Source: Octopus vulgaris (taxonomy: Eukaryota). From it: a stretch of DNA of 64,000 nucleotides. The translations under genes and the position numbers were made by a program. The notes below the pieces were generated by a model. The model worked only from the letters and a program-made list of their open reading frames with translations. It was not told the origin of the DNA and made no database searches. This document shows, one piece after another, positions 39,403 to 53,689 of the stretch. Position 1 is the stretch's first letter. Every line of letters starts with the position of its first letter. The DNA is taken from the NCBI GenBank assembly GCA_951406725.2, contig OX597823.1, positions 11,656,001-11,720,000 of the forward strand. The letters run 5' to 3'.

Positions 39403-40739
39403 GCATATGCTCATATACATATACACCACATATATACATATGTGAGTGTGTGTGTATATATATATATATATGACATTTTAGTTTTTCCTTACTCTATTTC
39501 TGTCTTTGTTTTCATTTCTTATAACTATTTTCCTTTTCTTCTATTAAAACTTTTTTCTTTTGTTTTTCTTTTTAGTTTCAAAGATTTTTTTTTTTTTTTG
39601 CAAACTATTTTCTCAATTTTTTTTTTGGTTCTTTTTCCTTCATTTTTTCCTTTTGTTTTTTTTTTATCAACAGACAAGAATGACGATGTCACTTGAAATT
39701 TAATTGTTATAATTTTTTGACTCCTTTCTATTTAATTTTATTTATTATTTTTGACGAATTAAGGAAAAGTCATAATCTACTGATATATAATAAATATTAC
39801 TTCTTAAAAAGGGTGGGACACAAAATTTTATCTTTTTTTTAACTTTTAATTATTTATAATTATTTTTTCCATTCCAGTACACACATGCAAGTGTTTTCAG
39901 TTGTCTGTATTTTGTTTAATAATTGATGCAAATGTTAATATTTAATTACTAATTAAAGTATTAAGCAAGCACAAGATGTCACCCAAATCAAAACTTAAGT
40001 GAATAAGAAAGTAAATCCAGTAAGATAAAGGAAAAAGTTTGTATAAGTACACACAAATGTAACTGCAATGCACCCTTTCAGTTCCAATGCACTTGTGCCC
40101 ACTTTATACATTTTGAGTCTACTTTCTTACTAGTACACCAAAATAATATTTTAAATAATGTTAATTGCAAATAACAATTAAGACAAGCAAATGCCTGAAA
40201 AACCACTTTTTAAATTAAAAAAGAACCTTTTAATCTACTATTGTTTTTCTCACATATCTCATAAAGTTTCATCAACAGTTGCCATTACAGATGGCTTCCT
40301 TATCTTCATATATATTCATATATATGTATGTATATATTTATATATATATATATATATATATTATATATGTTTTCATTCTAGTAGGTATTTTCATACTTTA
40401 TTTATTATTTTTTTTTATTTGATGTCTTGGGTGTAGAGCGGAATATTTAGCTAAACTGAGAGGGTTAGCTTTTCAAGTAGGAGACATATTCCAAATTGCA
40501 AAATCTTTCACATCTTCTTAAAAGAAATGACTATTTCAAAGCTGAACTAATATTTCTTTTGCATCTGTTCAAGACAACAACAATAATTCAAAGTATGTGT
40601 GTATATATTTATGTATACAAAGATGACAGAGATAGTTTCAAACATTAAAAGTAGCCTTTTTCATAAAGTATGATAGTCTTTATCAAAAGAAGACAAAGTA
40701 AATAAAATAAAAGTAAAAATGCTGCTTTGTTTAGACTAT

Positions 40740-40773
<34 letters not shown>

Positions 40774-41075
40774 CAACAACAACGTATGCAAATGAATTTT
40801 GTATTGACTAGGATATACTGTTTTCTTTTATTTTCATCTCTTTCCAAATATTAGTTAAAATAAATCTCAAATAAATAGTGGACTAAATTCAAGAATAAGG
40901 CTGTGTTAGCATTCTTGGAAGAGCAGTGTTGTTTGATGTGAATATTCATCCTGTATGGTTAAGCTGTTTAATCCATATAAGAAGTACCAAATCATCTCCA
41001 AGTTATATTTCCTTTGCCCCACTATGAGATGCTTGTGTCCAATATCATAATTACATAAGTATAGATATATATATA

Positions 41076-41106
<31 letters not shown>

Positions 41107-41434
41107 ATTTATATATGTAATACTGGCCACAATTCATGGTTAAGTAGAATATCCAAGATACGTGAGTTAGGTAAAAGTAAAAATGGAGCAGTGTGTGTGT
41201 CTATGTGTGTGTCTTTTGATTGATTAGTTGCTTTCTGAAAGGAACATTCAAATCCCCATTACCTCTGTGTACAAGAAATACTGAATTATATTATGTATGT
41301 GTATGTGTGGGTATGTACCATCGTGTACTATGATAAGTGTGTGAATGTACAATTTCTGTTCTTGTGTAACACATCCCAGGAGACTCACAGTATTTCTCTA
41401 TTCTTTGTTTAGTCATATTTTTCCTCTTGTACAG

Positions 41435-41452
41435 AAAGAAACCTTTCTCAAG
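41435..41452 (+). CDS. Candidate 18-nt microexon (E/Q-RNLSQ)
   Basis: tttttcctcttgtacAG acceptor, AAG|GTTTTG donor (weak on the intron side), 3n length, phase 1-1, open frame. Confidence 0.35.
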
Positions 41453-43391
41453 GTTTTGCTATAGAAATTATCCTGTAGAGTCTGGTAAAGAACATTGTCA
41501 TGATTTTTTATAATTATTACACTTTATTAAAATGCCAATATCTTAGTTGAGTGTTTACCATCAGAAGAAGCTGGATAAAGTGGCATTCATTCAATTATAT
41601 ATAACTCTCTATATTGCACTTATCCAGCAGAGTGAGGAAAAAATATATTTTTCTCCTTTTGATGAAAGTAGAAAAGGATAAAAAGCAAAACGTGGTACAT
41701 TTTATATTTTATTTTCACTGAGATGTCACTTGTTCCTTTGTTTTTTATTAGAACAGCCATTGATAGTTTATTATTACTTTGATGAAACAAAATCTTGCAT
41801 AATAATTATGTGATTTAAAAAATGAAGGTATAAATATATAAAATCTCACAGTAGTTGAGAGAAATTCAAAACATTCCCATGGAAACATTAAATTGTAGTT
41901 TTGAAGTATCAGATAACATTGAATGAAATATTGTTAAAATATTATGAAGACATGTTTCATCAATGTATCTTTTTATATTCATTCATTGATTGATTCATTA
42001 TTATTATCATTTTACTTTAATTATTATCATTATTTAGAAGAATGCATCTATGATTTTCCACAGCATCTACTAATGTTCAATTTAAAAAACATGTTTTAAA
42101 TTATTATTATTATTAACTAGCTAAAGAAGTTCATTGTAAATGAATGATATCTTTAACCGTAAATGAAATTGGAGGAGAAAATGAAGAATTGTACATATAA
42201 ACTTTCATTGTATCTAAAGTGTATAGTGTTGCTGTATTGTACCTGAGCAATTTTGCTATTATCAATTATTTTATTGTAATAGCTCAGCATTAGCAATAGT
42301 TAGTTTTATTAAATTTGTCTAATTTCATTTCCAATATCTGCAGTTTGTTTAGAATTAATCAAATTTTAGCGTAAAATATAAATTAATAAAAGTTTTAAGA
42401 GACTAGTAGTAGTTTGAATATTTGGTAGGTAAGCCAAGATGGATGATGCACAAATGTCTAAATTATCTTAAAAGAATTCAAGAATGGCTCTCCATATCTT
42501 GAACAAATTGGTCTTTACTGTGCAATAAAATTAAATGTAAATCAGCTATAAATTATCTTCATAAATAAAATAAGTTTTCGTGGTGGACTTAATTGCTTTG
42601 TGTATTTTCTTCTTTAAGGAGCTGCAACCAAGATGTGCTAGGATTTTCCTTATTAGTTTGTGAGGTCCTTAATTTCACATTGTACGTTTCTGCCAATGGC
42701 ATCAGTGTAGTTCAGTGGTTTTATCCTCTTTTAGGGTGCAGAATTCTCCAAATTATAACATCTGATGTGACTTGTTGTTTCAGTATGAAAGCAGTGTCCA
42801 TCATTAATTTCCTTAGATTGTTTTTCTTATACTGTAATATTAATATTATCATTATTATTACTCATTTCATTCAAATTTACATTCTGAGTTCAAATTCTGT
42901 TGAGGTTGACTTTGCCTTTCATACTTTCAGGGTCAATAAAATAAGTAGCAGTTGAGGACTGGGGTTAATGTAATTAACTTACCCTCTACCCCAAAATTGC
43001 TGGCCTTGTGCCAAAATTTGAAATTGTTATTATTTTCTTATTTTATGTACTATATTTTTTGATGGACAAATCAACTCAAGGCCTTGTTAGTAAAATAAGA
43101 TAAATGGAAACCCTGTGGATGCCCTTTATGGCAGATTTATCCCATTGCCCGGTTTACACCACCAGATAGCCATTGGGTGCCTTTAGCTGAGAGATTATAA
43201 ATAAATGCTTGATATCAGATTTATCCAACAACCTTCATCTGCAATGGCCTCCAGAAGTTGGCTGTCCTTTAGTTCCTCATACATCAGTGCTATTTCAGTT
43301 TTCATGTAAACAATTTAAGCTTTTTAATTCCACAGAGGCCTTTTAGTCCATTAGAAGCCATACTACTGCTATAGTAACAGTTTTTATATAC

Positions 43392-43750
43392 ATCATCATC
43401 ATCATCAATTAGCATCCGTTTTCCATGCTAGCATGGGCTGGACGGTTCAACTGGGGTCTGTGAAGCCGGAAGGCTGCATCAGGCCCAGTCTGATCTGGCA
43501 GTGTTTCTACGGCTGGATGCCCTTCCTAACGCCAACCACTCCGTGAGTGTAGTGGGTGCTTTTTACGTGCCACCTGCACAGGCCCCAGCGGGGTCCGGCA
43601 TCGCCCACGATCGGTTGGAGCTTTTAACGTGCCACCGGCACGGGAGCCAGCCAAGGCGACGCTGGCAACGGCCACGTTTGGATGGTGCTTTTTATGTGCC
43701 ACCAGCACAGGTATCACAACTACTGTTTCCATTGATATTTATTTCGATGT
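43392..43750 (-). mobile_element. Repeat family D copy
   Basis: (CAT)n end plus the family D core and diverged internal tandem units. Confidence 0.8.
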
Positions 43751-45302
43751 TCATACAATATTATTATAATGTTAGTAATGATGTTGATGATAATATGAAG
43801 ATGGTCTAAATACTCTTACTCAACACTACAACTATTCAAATATATCTACTGTATTTACTGAGTACAGGACTAAAATCTAACTGAGATGAGTGGTTAAGTT
43901 GAAGACTTTGGGCAGGTTTTAGTGAAAAAAGCTTATTAAGTGTTCTTTTGCAAATTTCTACAGTAATAATAATATGAGGGGAAATCCTTTAGTGTATAAA
44001 AATATTTAATGCAAATATAGGGGCTCTAGTCTGAGGATAACTTTCCCTCTTTTTCCCACTAATGTTGAGGTTACTGCATGAATGTCTTGGAATCTGCCTT
44101 TCTATGGCAGAAAAAGACATAAGGGAAAATAATGAACAAATAGAAGTTGATGAGTAAATAGTTTGTTGATCTCTATGTGGATAAAGTCAGTTCTGCTGCT
44201 GAATTATCTTGGTATAAAAACTATTATGAGGCAGACTTTGTAATTAACAAGTGAAATTCATCACTGAATATAGGAAAACTCACCACATCTCTTTAGGGAA
44301 CAGTTGATATGCATAAATGATTAAAATTGATAAGTGATGTCTTAATAATTAAGAAGAGTACATTAAATGTAGTTTCTTATTATATCAAGCTTTTACTTTT
44401 TTTTTCCTATTATCAAAGATGTCAAAGTTTTTTTTTATTCTTTTATATCTTTGAATATATATCTTTGTATTTATAGAAATACTGAATCTGGATATTTACA
44501 AGATAATTATCTTTTGACACTTTAAAAAGATAAACTTTCTGCGTTTATTAAAACTGTTTAGTAAAATTATGACATAATTTCGAGATTGAAATAAAAATTG
44601 AAAATAATAAACTTTTTTTTAGAAGTCTAGATATTTAGATAGACAACTTCTAGTATATTTATTTACATCTAGCTGCAGTTTCCTTTTTCTTCTCTCTCAT
44701 TTCTTTTTCCCTCACTTTTATCCTCTTCTTTTTTTTTTTCAACTTTCTCTCTTACATATACACAAACCCTTAGATAACTTGGCTTAATGTCTTTTGTTTC
44801 CTTTTAATATTTGGAGCATCTATCTAGCTTAGCTGAATGAAATAATTATAGTAATCCATATAAGATTTATTATGATTTAAATAATGATAGTATGATTTTT
44901 TTAGTTCCATTTGTGCTGTGTATAAACCTGTGTATAGACAGGGAAATAGTTTGGAATTATCTGATTCTTTGGTGTTCATCTTTGCTGTAAATGTTGATGA
45001 CTTGTGTGTGGATTAGCCACACATTCAGTTGCTGAACATTTAATATGTGACTACACTAAACAAGTATTGTCGACATTTTCTCTTGGTTGATAATCTTGAT
45101 TATTTAGCTTCTCAGCTGGCACCAAAGTTTAGTGTACTCTCGTCAATAGAAAGATGCTGTGGACTTGTGTAATTTCCCAATAATTCATAGTTATGTCATA
45201 ATATTTGTCTTTTCAACAGCAAAATCATTTTCTTTAAAAAATTTCAATTATCTAATCATTATTTTTATTTTTTATTTTTTTATTTTACATTCTTTGTTAT
45301 AG

Positions 45303-45587
45303 TCCCCCAACAGCCGAAAAATCTCCAGGCTCTTGCAGAGTCTGCAAATACTGTACATGTGACTTGGGATCGACCAGATGCAATGGATAATATCGAGAGC
45401 TACGAGCTATATTATAACGATTCCCACTACCGCCAGAATGTTCACATAAGTATTAAACCGCCTGTAGTAAGTTACCGTTTAGTTGATCTTACACCCGATA
45501 CAGTATACCACGTTCAAGTATCAGCAAAATCCTTACGTGGAGAAGGAGCACGTACCCCAACAATTCAAGTTAGAACACCTCAGTTCG
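45303..45587 (+). CDS. Lar: LAR-family RPTP exon encoding FNIII repeat 3
   Basis: T-rich tract then tctttgttatAG; donor TTCG|GTAAGT; 285 nt, phase 1-1. VPQQPKNLQALAESANTVHVTWDRPDAMDNIESYELYYNDSHYRQNVHISIKPPVVSYRLVDLTPDTVYHVQVSAKSLRGEGARTPTIQVRTPQF has the FNIII W/Y/L-P/Y pattern and LAR FN3 similarity. Confidence 0.95.
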
Positions 45588-47190
45588 GTAAGTTGCTTTC
45601 CATTTTCTTTATTCAAAATATTCAAAGACTGCTATTTTATGTATTTCTGTTAAAATTTTCCATTTCCTTCTCAGGTGTCTCGAAGATTATCATTGAATCT
45701 CTTTGCTTTTCAGGGTTAATTTGCTGTATAAAACAAACACCATTCCTGATAAACACATATAATCTATTTTGTTTTGCTTTTATTTCAGTTCGTTAACTAA
45801 TGTCTCTCTACAGGTATTTGGTGATGGGGGTGGGAGAGATTTCCATTTTTTTTTTTTTGTTCCACCAAGTGCTCTCAGCTATTTCAAAAGAGAAAGAAAG
45901 AAAAATGCTATATTTTGTTTTGTTTTTTTTTGGAACAAAATATGGAGATATTGGATCATCCTTGTATTGTATTTGCAATTATAAATGTATTAATAAGCAG
46001 AGGAAAAAAAAAAATTTGAAAAAAGAAAACAAAAAAGAAAAACAGATCAAATTTAAAACGTTTGAATGGTATTTATTTGGTAGAAATTAGGAATTAAATC
46101 ATGTTCAAATTATAAAGAATATCAAACTAAATATAAAGAATAATACTTAAAGCTTAGAATAACTCTTATGAACATGGCTTGAAGAAAGAAAAGGCTTTCC
46201 TTGGAAAATCTTAGAATTATAGGAGGCTTTTAGGGTAGATATATAATTTATTTAAATAAATAGGGTTCTCAGTGTAATGAGAACTGAACTAAATGTTTGC
46301 CCCAAAGTGTTTAACTGAAAGTATAGGTAATGAATTATTGATGTGTTTTGAAGGTATCTCATCTCATTAAGCCAGATTGACTAATTACTACCAGAACTGT
46401 TAATAAATTTAAGAACTGATTTTTAAAAAAAATTGAATTATGTTTTCAAACCATACAGTTTGATTACTTGATGATATAGTCTCAGGGTAATAAAAGTGGT
46501 TTATTTTATTTATTTATTTTTTACAAATACATTAATTTAATCAGATTGGTTATTTAAATATATATTATAATAATAATAATGTTCAAATCAGTTGTTTTAC
46601 TCTTTTTTTGCCCTTGAATTTAAATACATATATTAAGATAATTTTGGCAAAAGTATGCCGTTTTCTATTATTCCAATTGGCTCTCTTTCGCCGTGGACTC
46701 AACTTAATACACACACACAAGAGAGAAATGAAATTATAATGCAAATGCCATATTGTCACATCCATTTCTTTGACCCTGACCTTCCAAACCAGTTGGTAAA
46801 TTTCAATATCAACTGTAATCCTCATTATCCGTCTTCTAAAAGACCGAATAAAGCAATGCTTCTGTTTCATTAAATAGAAGCTTCTGTAAATTTTTTTTTT
46901 TTCCATCTCCAGAAATTCAGGGTCCATACCCCCTTTTGCACCTTCTGCTTTCATTCTCCATCATATACCCTTTTTATTTATCTTATTTTTTTTTTGGTGC
47001 TCTTTGTTATTATTATTACCACCACTATACCGCCCATCACTATTATCATTTCTCAACCTCTGTATTTAGGTAGTTTTTCTATATTTATCCTACTGCCTTT
47101 TATTTTATTTTATTTTATTTATCTTCACTTATTATTAGCTACAGTAGTAGAAGTAGTATCGTTATTATTTTACTCTTATTTTGCAAATAT

Positions 47191-47222
<32 letters not shown>

Positions 47223-47472
47223 TGTATATTCACAGTATATATTTTTCACACACACATATCTTGCTTATGTATTCATTAATCTCCCAATCATTTTGTGATG
47301 TCATTGTTGCCTAATTATTCTTTTTTTTTTTTTTGTTACAATGGAAAAAGTTCATACAAGTTGAATTACATTTTCCTTGCCTCTGTTAAAAATTATATAT
47401 ATATATTAGTTCATTAAAGTTTTCCAAACAATATTTCAAAGTTCATATTGTAACATATTGTATAATCATCCG

Positions 47473-47867
47473 GGAGGCGCAATGGCCCAGTGGTTAGGTC
47501 AGCGGACTCGCGGTCGTAGGATCGCGCTTTCGATTCCCAGACCGGGCGTTGTGAGTGTTTATTGAGCGAAAACACCTAAAAAGCTCCACGAGGCTCCGGC
47601 AGAAGGTGGTGGCAATCCCTGCTGTACTCTTTCACCACAACTTTCTCTCACTCTTACTTCCTGTTTCTGTGGTACCTGTATTTCAAAGGGCCGGCCTTGT
47701 CGCTCTCTGTGTCACGCTGAATATCCCCGAGAACTACGTTAAGGGTACACGTGTCTGTGGAGTGCTCAGCCACTTACACGTTAATTTCACGAGCAGGCAG
47801 GCTGTTCCGTTGATCGGATCAACCGGAACCCTCGTCGTCGTAACCGACGGAGTGCTTCCGTCCATCC
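47473..47867 (+). mobile_element. SINE family B, full length with 10-bp TSD
   Basis: TSD ATAATCATCC at 47462-47471 and 47868-47877; near-identical to 12191-12562. Confidence 0.9.
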
Positions 47868-48857
47868 ATAATCATCCATAACTTGGTACCACATCAGCTC
47901 ATTTAGATATCATTTAGATACCATGATAGCCAAACCATGTTGTTGTCTCTTTTCATTTTGAAGTTGTGCCTTGTAATTCAACTTGTTTATTTTTCCATAT
48001 GAAACACTGTCCATGTAGACTGTAAGCCGTGAAGCTATTATTGTTATTCGTTCCAGTTATGCACTGCCACCACTCTCATTACACTTTTCACATTTTCAGT
48101 AATGCCAACGTTAATCATTATTTATTTTATTTATTCATTTATTTTTTTGCTTATTACAATCATCATCATCATCATCATCATGTATTTGTCTTATAGCAAG
48201 CCTAGGGCTCATTCACTGTTATTATGTTTGTTTAATTTTGTCATTTTTTTTTTTTTTTTCTGTTTGTCTACCATTGTCATTTGTCAACTCATTAATTTAG
48301 ATGCTAAAAATGGAATCTTCATATAATCCCAATATTTGTTTAATTTTGTATCCTGAGACCTGTTTTCATGTCAACCTCTTCGGTGATCAAGCTATGCATG
48401 AAATATTTTGATGATATCTCTGTAAACCTCAGATGTACTAGCCGATTCTCCATATCCCATGCAGTCATTTCATTCAGCTTTCAGAATACAGAGTTTGCTT
48501 CAATTTAAGATATTTTTTTTCCATTTGTCAAGTTGAAAATAAGGCATTGTCATATTTTAGGGATACACACAAAGACACACACACACACATGTATACCATA
48601 TAAAGCATTTTTGTCTGTTCAGAAAATGTCTAATATTTCCCACATTAGTGGATTAGCAGAATTCCTCCTGTATTTAGTTATGGCTCTTTATGTTGTGGTT
48701 CAAATCCTGCCTAAGTCAAATTTTGTTTTTCATCTTTCTGAGACAAGGTTGATGTAATTAAATGTGAGGGGATCTGGTCAGCTATTCAGTAAATGATGTA
48801 GAGTAAGGAAGTCCTACAGATATTGTATTCTTTCGTATGCACAATATAAGTACCAGA

Positions 48858-49108
48858 TATCTGGTATTGCGAGTAGATGGCTTCCAGAGGAGAAGAGTAG
48901 AAATTGCCTCGTTTTCAGCTCTACAACAATGTCCAGCAAACTGGACTCTCCTGCCTTTCACAAGAGATGACACAGGTGGTAGTTTCCCATATATTTGCAT
49001 TTTGGTTGGATGACGCTTCCACGAGAGATTTTAAGCTCTCATAAGGAGATGAGTGTAGGTTCCATCCAACCGCCTCTCAAGCTTCTTCGATAACGTCCAG
49101 GTTTCTGA
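48858..49108 (-). mobile_element. RTE/RTEX-like LINE RT C-terminal fragment
   Basis: Minus strand ETWTLSKKLERRLDGTYTHLLMRA*NLSWKRHPTKMQIYGKLPPVSSLVKGRRVQFAGHCCRA. Confidence 0.75.
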
Positions 49109-50794
49109 CGTTATGCACACACACACATACGAGAGGCTTCTTTCAGTTTCTCTACTAAATCTGCTTGTAAAGCTTTAGTCAGCTAGAGATTGTATTGTGA
49201 GACACTTTAAGTGTCATGCTGAATCTGGAGCTATGCTTGTATCTGTTGAAATTTGAATAAGCAATAAGTGCTTGAATTTTGAAAGGTTATGATGAAAACT
49301 TAGTAGCTGCTGTTTCAAATTTATTGTAGTAAGAAAAGTTGTAAGAGAATCACTTCTGGGAGTCTGATGGGGGGAAAATATTGATTTTTTTTTTTTTGTG
49401 ATGTAAGGTCACAAATTTGTTGAAAGAAATCTATTTGATTGGATTGACTCATTCCTGTCCAGCACAGAATTGTAAAGATGAAAGGCAAAATTGACACCGA
49501 CTTGATTTGAACTCTAAATATGAAGCTGCAGAACTAAAAGCTGTAAACCTCTCAGCTATTTTTACTACCCCATTGCTTTTATTTTTATTATAAAAAAAAA
49601 ATATGAGGGACACAAGGAAGTGTAGTTTCGAGTGTTTAAATGTATATTGATCTTGAATTTACTAGAGATGCTAAGCCATGTTGCCAAGTTGCTGTTTAAA
49701 AGGCCATTTTAAAAAATTATTTACTCACATGGACAAGTTAATTTTATGGAAGATAGTTTTGTTTGATGAGATTTAATAGAGCTTTTTAGTGTCATAAAGA
49801 AGACTCGAGACATTTTGCTTGCATTAACAGCATTCATTTTATGTGTAGGAATGCTAAATCTATTTAAATTGTTGCAACATACAGCTGTAGCATTTAGATC
49901 GTTTTCATATCATCAGCATCATTAACATGTTAGAATGTATATGCAAAAAAAAAAGGAATGTTACTTTAGGGATAATATGGCTTCTAATGAACTGAAAGGC
50001 CACTTTGGAATTAAAAGGTTCATGTAATTTACATCACGACTGAAATAGCACAGATCTGTGAGGAAGAAAAGATAGCCAAGTTTCGGGGATTGTTGCTAAC
50101 GAAGATTGTTGGGTTAGTCTGACATTAAAACTGCTTTTGATAAGGATAAAAGCGATAAAAACATTCATAGTTGCTTGATAAAAGTAATTTTGAAAATGTT
50201 GATGAATTCTTGAACCCGATACTGTTTGAGATTAAATATTCTAACACTTCCTCAAGCATATCATAGGTATGTGATATAAGTTTTACGCGGCTGCTTTAGT
50301 GTCCTTTCTTCATTATGGATTTTTAAATTGGTTGAAAAGATTTAGAGAAATTTTATTTATGAAATGCTTGAAAAGTGATATTATCAATAAGAATATAATT
50401 ATGATTTATTTTTTTAGTATATCTAATCTTTAGAGATGAACAGATTATATACATACATACATATATATATATACTGCATTTCATTGAGTTTCATCTATGG
50501 TATTCTTTAAATATGATACATTTCCTAGATGTGTTGTATAATATATGACTAAAACTACACTTGAGTCAGCAGCCTATAATAGTTATATCTCCATAAGGCA
50601 GATGCTTAAAGCTTTTCCGAAGGAGGCTTTTATTTACTATTCAGTCTTACATAGGTTGGGCAAAACTGCATTATTTTCACTATGTGTATACACATCCAGA
50701 AATATCTACTTATAAAAGTTTCTCCTAAAATGACACTTGCTGTATTTTCAGTTTGTTAAAAAAAACATAAATGTGAAAAGTATCTTTCTTTAGC

Positions 50795-51150
<356 letters not shown>

Positions 51151-51559
51151 CTGTGGGAAAAAGTAACAAAAATAATACGCTGGAATTGTAGTGGGAAGTG
51201 GAGTAGCCTCTGTTTTTAGCTGAGGCCTTCTGGCTAAAGATGACCAGGGAAAAATAAAAGAAAGAGGAGAGTTTTACATCCTTAATGTAAAACTGGCTGC
51301 AAGTAATGAGGAACGCAAGATGTGAGATTGCACACATAAACTGGAAGAAGTAGAGAGAAACTAGGTCTTGGGGTGAAGGAAAGAGCAATCAAAAGAGGAA
51401 TGAGCGGGAGTGAAGTGAAGGGGGAAATTTGAATTAAGAGGAGAGCTGAACCACAAGAATGACACTACTGAACTAAAAAGAGGTGTAGCAACAGAAATGA
51501 AAACAGTCATTGAAGCCCATCAGTGACATAGATTTGAATTTTGGCATGAAATGTTTCTT

Positions 51560-52850
51560 GTATTTCCTTGAACCTGCAGATTTAAAATCTGTGAGAGATG
51601 CCACACTGTAATAAATGTGTAACAGAATTGCCTGTTGTACTGAAGTCGGTGATAATAAGTTGGCCTAGAACTTCTATTAGTCTGCGTCAAATGTTCATTA
51701 AGATGACAGCCTGTTCTCTAAAGTCAAGTACATCACAAAGTTTGTGGATGATGCGGTTGGAAAATGTGCAGCAGAAATTTTAGGGTACTGTTGTGCTATG
51801 ATTTGAGCCTTGCGATGTAGTGCTGTTAATGTTGAGTCAGGTGTTGCATTGAAGGCAAGTTCATTTAAAAGTTCCTTATTGTGTATGGCTTCTAACTAGG
51901 TGGTTGTCGAGTCACTATCTTTCTTGAAGAGAAGGTGAGGTGGTGTGGGGAAAGATTGGAGCATCAGAAAGTAGGATTTGGAAGTTGTGGGTGAATGTGT
52001 TTCAATGGGTGAGTGGGTGGGTGCTGGTGAGAGAAACTGGCTATGTGCAGGAATAACAACTGATCAAGGTACACTTGATTGAGGAATTCTTTTATAGTGA
52101 TTGAGATTCGAAATCCAAATCAGAACCTGCAGAGCCAGGGAAACTGAAAGAATTAAGGGAATGATATAAGAGATTTAGTGTCCATGTGGTGAGAATCGAT
52201 TTACTTGTAGTGGACAGTAATAGATATTATTGTTAGTGATAGAGATATTAAGAAAACTGAAAGTTTCAGATAGATTGGAAAGTGAAAAGAGTTAATGAAA
52301 GAATTGGACTTATCAAGCTATTGTCTGGTGAGGGTGGTAACACTGACATGGTCATCAATATAATAACAGCTCTGGAACGGGTTCCATGAAATGAGCAAAG
52401 ATTTCTCTTCAATTTGGCCCGCAATATGCTTGGCATAATTGGGGTCCATCTTTGTACCCATAGCATCCCTACTAACTTGTTTGTAATATTCACCAGATAA
52501 GGAATAGCAATTAAGGGGTAATACAAGTTCAACTCAGCAGATGAATGTTGTAGTACTCGATACAGGTCAGGGATGGTGATCTAGAAAGTGTTTAAGGGCT
52601 GATGGGCTATCACTGTGGGTAAATGGCCAGGGATGGTGATCTAGAAAGTGTTTAAGGGCTGATGGGCTATCAATGTGGGTAAATGGCTGTGTGGACTGGT
52701 TTTAATGTCCATGGTAAGAATGATCTTTGACTACCCAGGCAGAAAAGACAATGAGTTGAAGGGTTTAGGTCATGGTTGATAACTCTATTGTATGAGAGTG
52801 AGACAGTGACTTAGAGTGGTTATATTTTGTCAAAATATGCAGTGAGAAGA
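51560..52850 (-). mobile_element. Decayed Penelope-like retroelement (RT region, probable GIY-YIG end)
   Basis: Minus strand SALKHFLDHHP*PVSSTTTFIC*VELVLPLNCYSLSGEYYKQVSRDAMGTKMDPNYA, like PLE RT 'ALKHFL....PSTTTL.RL.ELVL.LN.FSF.G.YY.Q..GVAMGTKMGP.YA'. Confidence 0.72.
52568..52687. repeat. 60-bp tandem duplication inside the Penelope-like fossil
   Basis: Two units CAGGGATGGTGATCTAGAAAG...TGTGGGTAAATGGC differing at one base. Confidence 0.92.
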
Positions 52851-53689
52851 TGGGTTTGGTTCTTACAGACAGAGATAATGTATATGTATACAAATCTTTG
52901 TGTTGTGTGTGTCATGTGAATGAGTGAGTGAGTGAGTGTGTGTATTTATTTAGATGAGGGGTTGTATGTCCCCTGCTTTGAACTTATAAATGTCTTATAT
53001 ACACACACACACATATTTAAAGCATATATCTATCCTTAAATTGAAGCAACTTAGTATTCCTCATGTAGCATCATTTCATTGTTAGATCACATGTTGTTCA
53101 TGCTTTGTTTAAAATTCTTTGAAATAAAACCATGTTGCAATGCAGACCTGCAAGATGAAATATTCATTTTCTAAAAAAACTAGTTCATGTGCATTTGATA
53201 CACACCTTTTTTTCTTGCATTTTTACCTTTTGCAAGATCATAATGAAGCATTTTTCTCTAAATTTCTGTCTCTGGAAAATGATGTACTTATATTCAATAT
53301 ATATTTACATATATGCATACGTAAATGCATTCAATCTAAACTCTATTTAATAACACTTAATACAGCTTGTCCAAATTATTGGCTCTCAGTTTTCACTGAA
53401 ATGTTTGTTGATATCAAATGATGATATCATATAGTATTAAAAGTTTGAGAATAAAATAATTTCATCTTTTCTCCCAATATAACGCATGAACTTCATGTCT
53501 AACCTATGATGTCTGTTCACTGCTGTAATACTGTCTGATTCATTCTCACATATTTCAGCTGAATGTAACTATTTCTCACACCCTGACATGATTCAAATAT
53601 TTCATGCATGTCCAATCCATTGCATGTTTTCTTTAGTTTAAGATTTCATTTATCACTCTTTATATTTTTTTACACCCTTATCCCCTCAG

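Noticed and set aside
45588-45796. ORF-track extensions beyond the FNIII homology (also 9043-9201, 15973-16031, 53999-54129)
   Set aside because: Homology stops exactly at GT donors; the extensions are intron read-through.
46913-46921. ccatctccAG|AAATTCAGG|GTCCAT 9-nt in-frame unit
   Set aside because: Good acceptor but very poor donor; the read-through frame is low-complexity.
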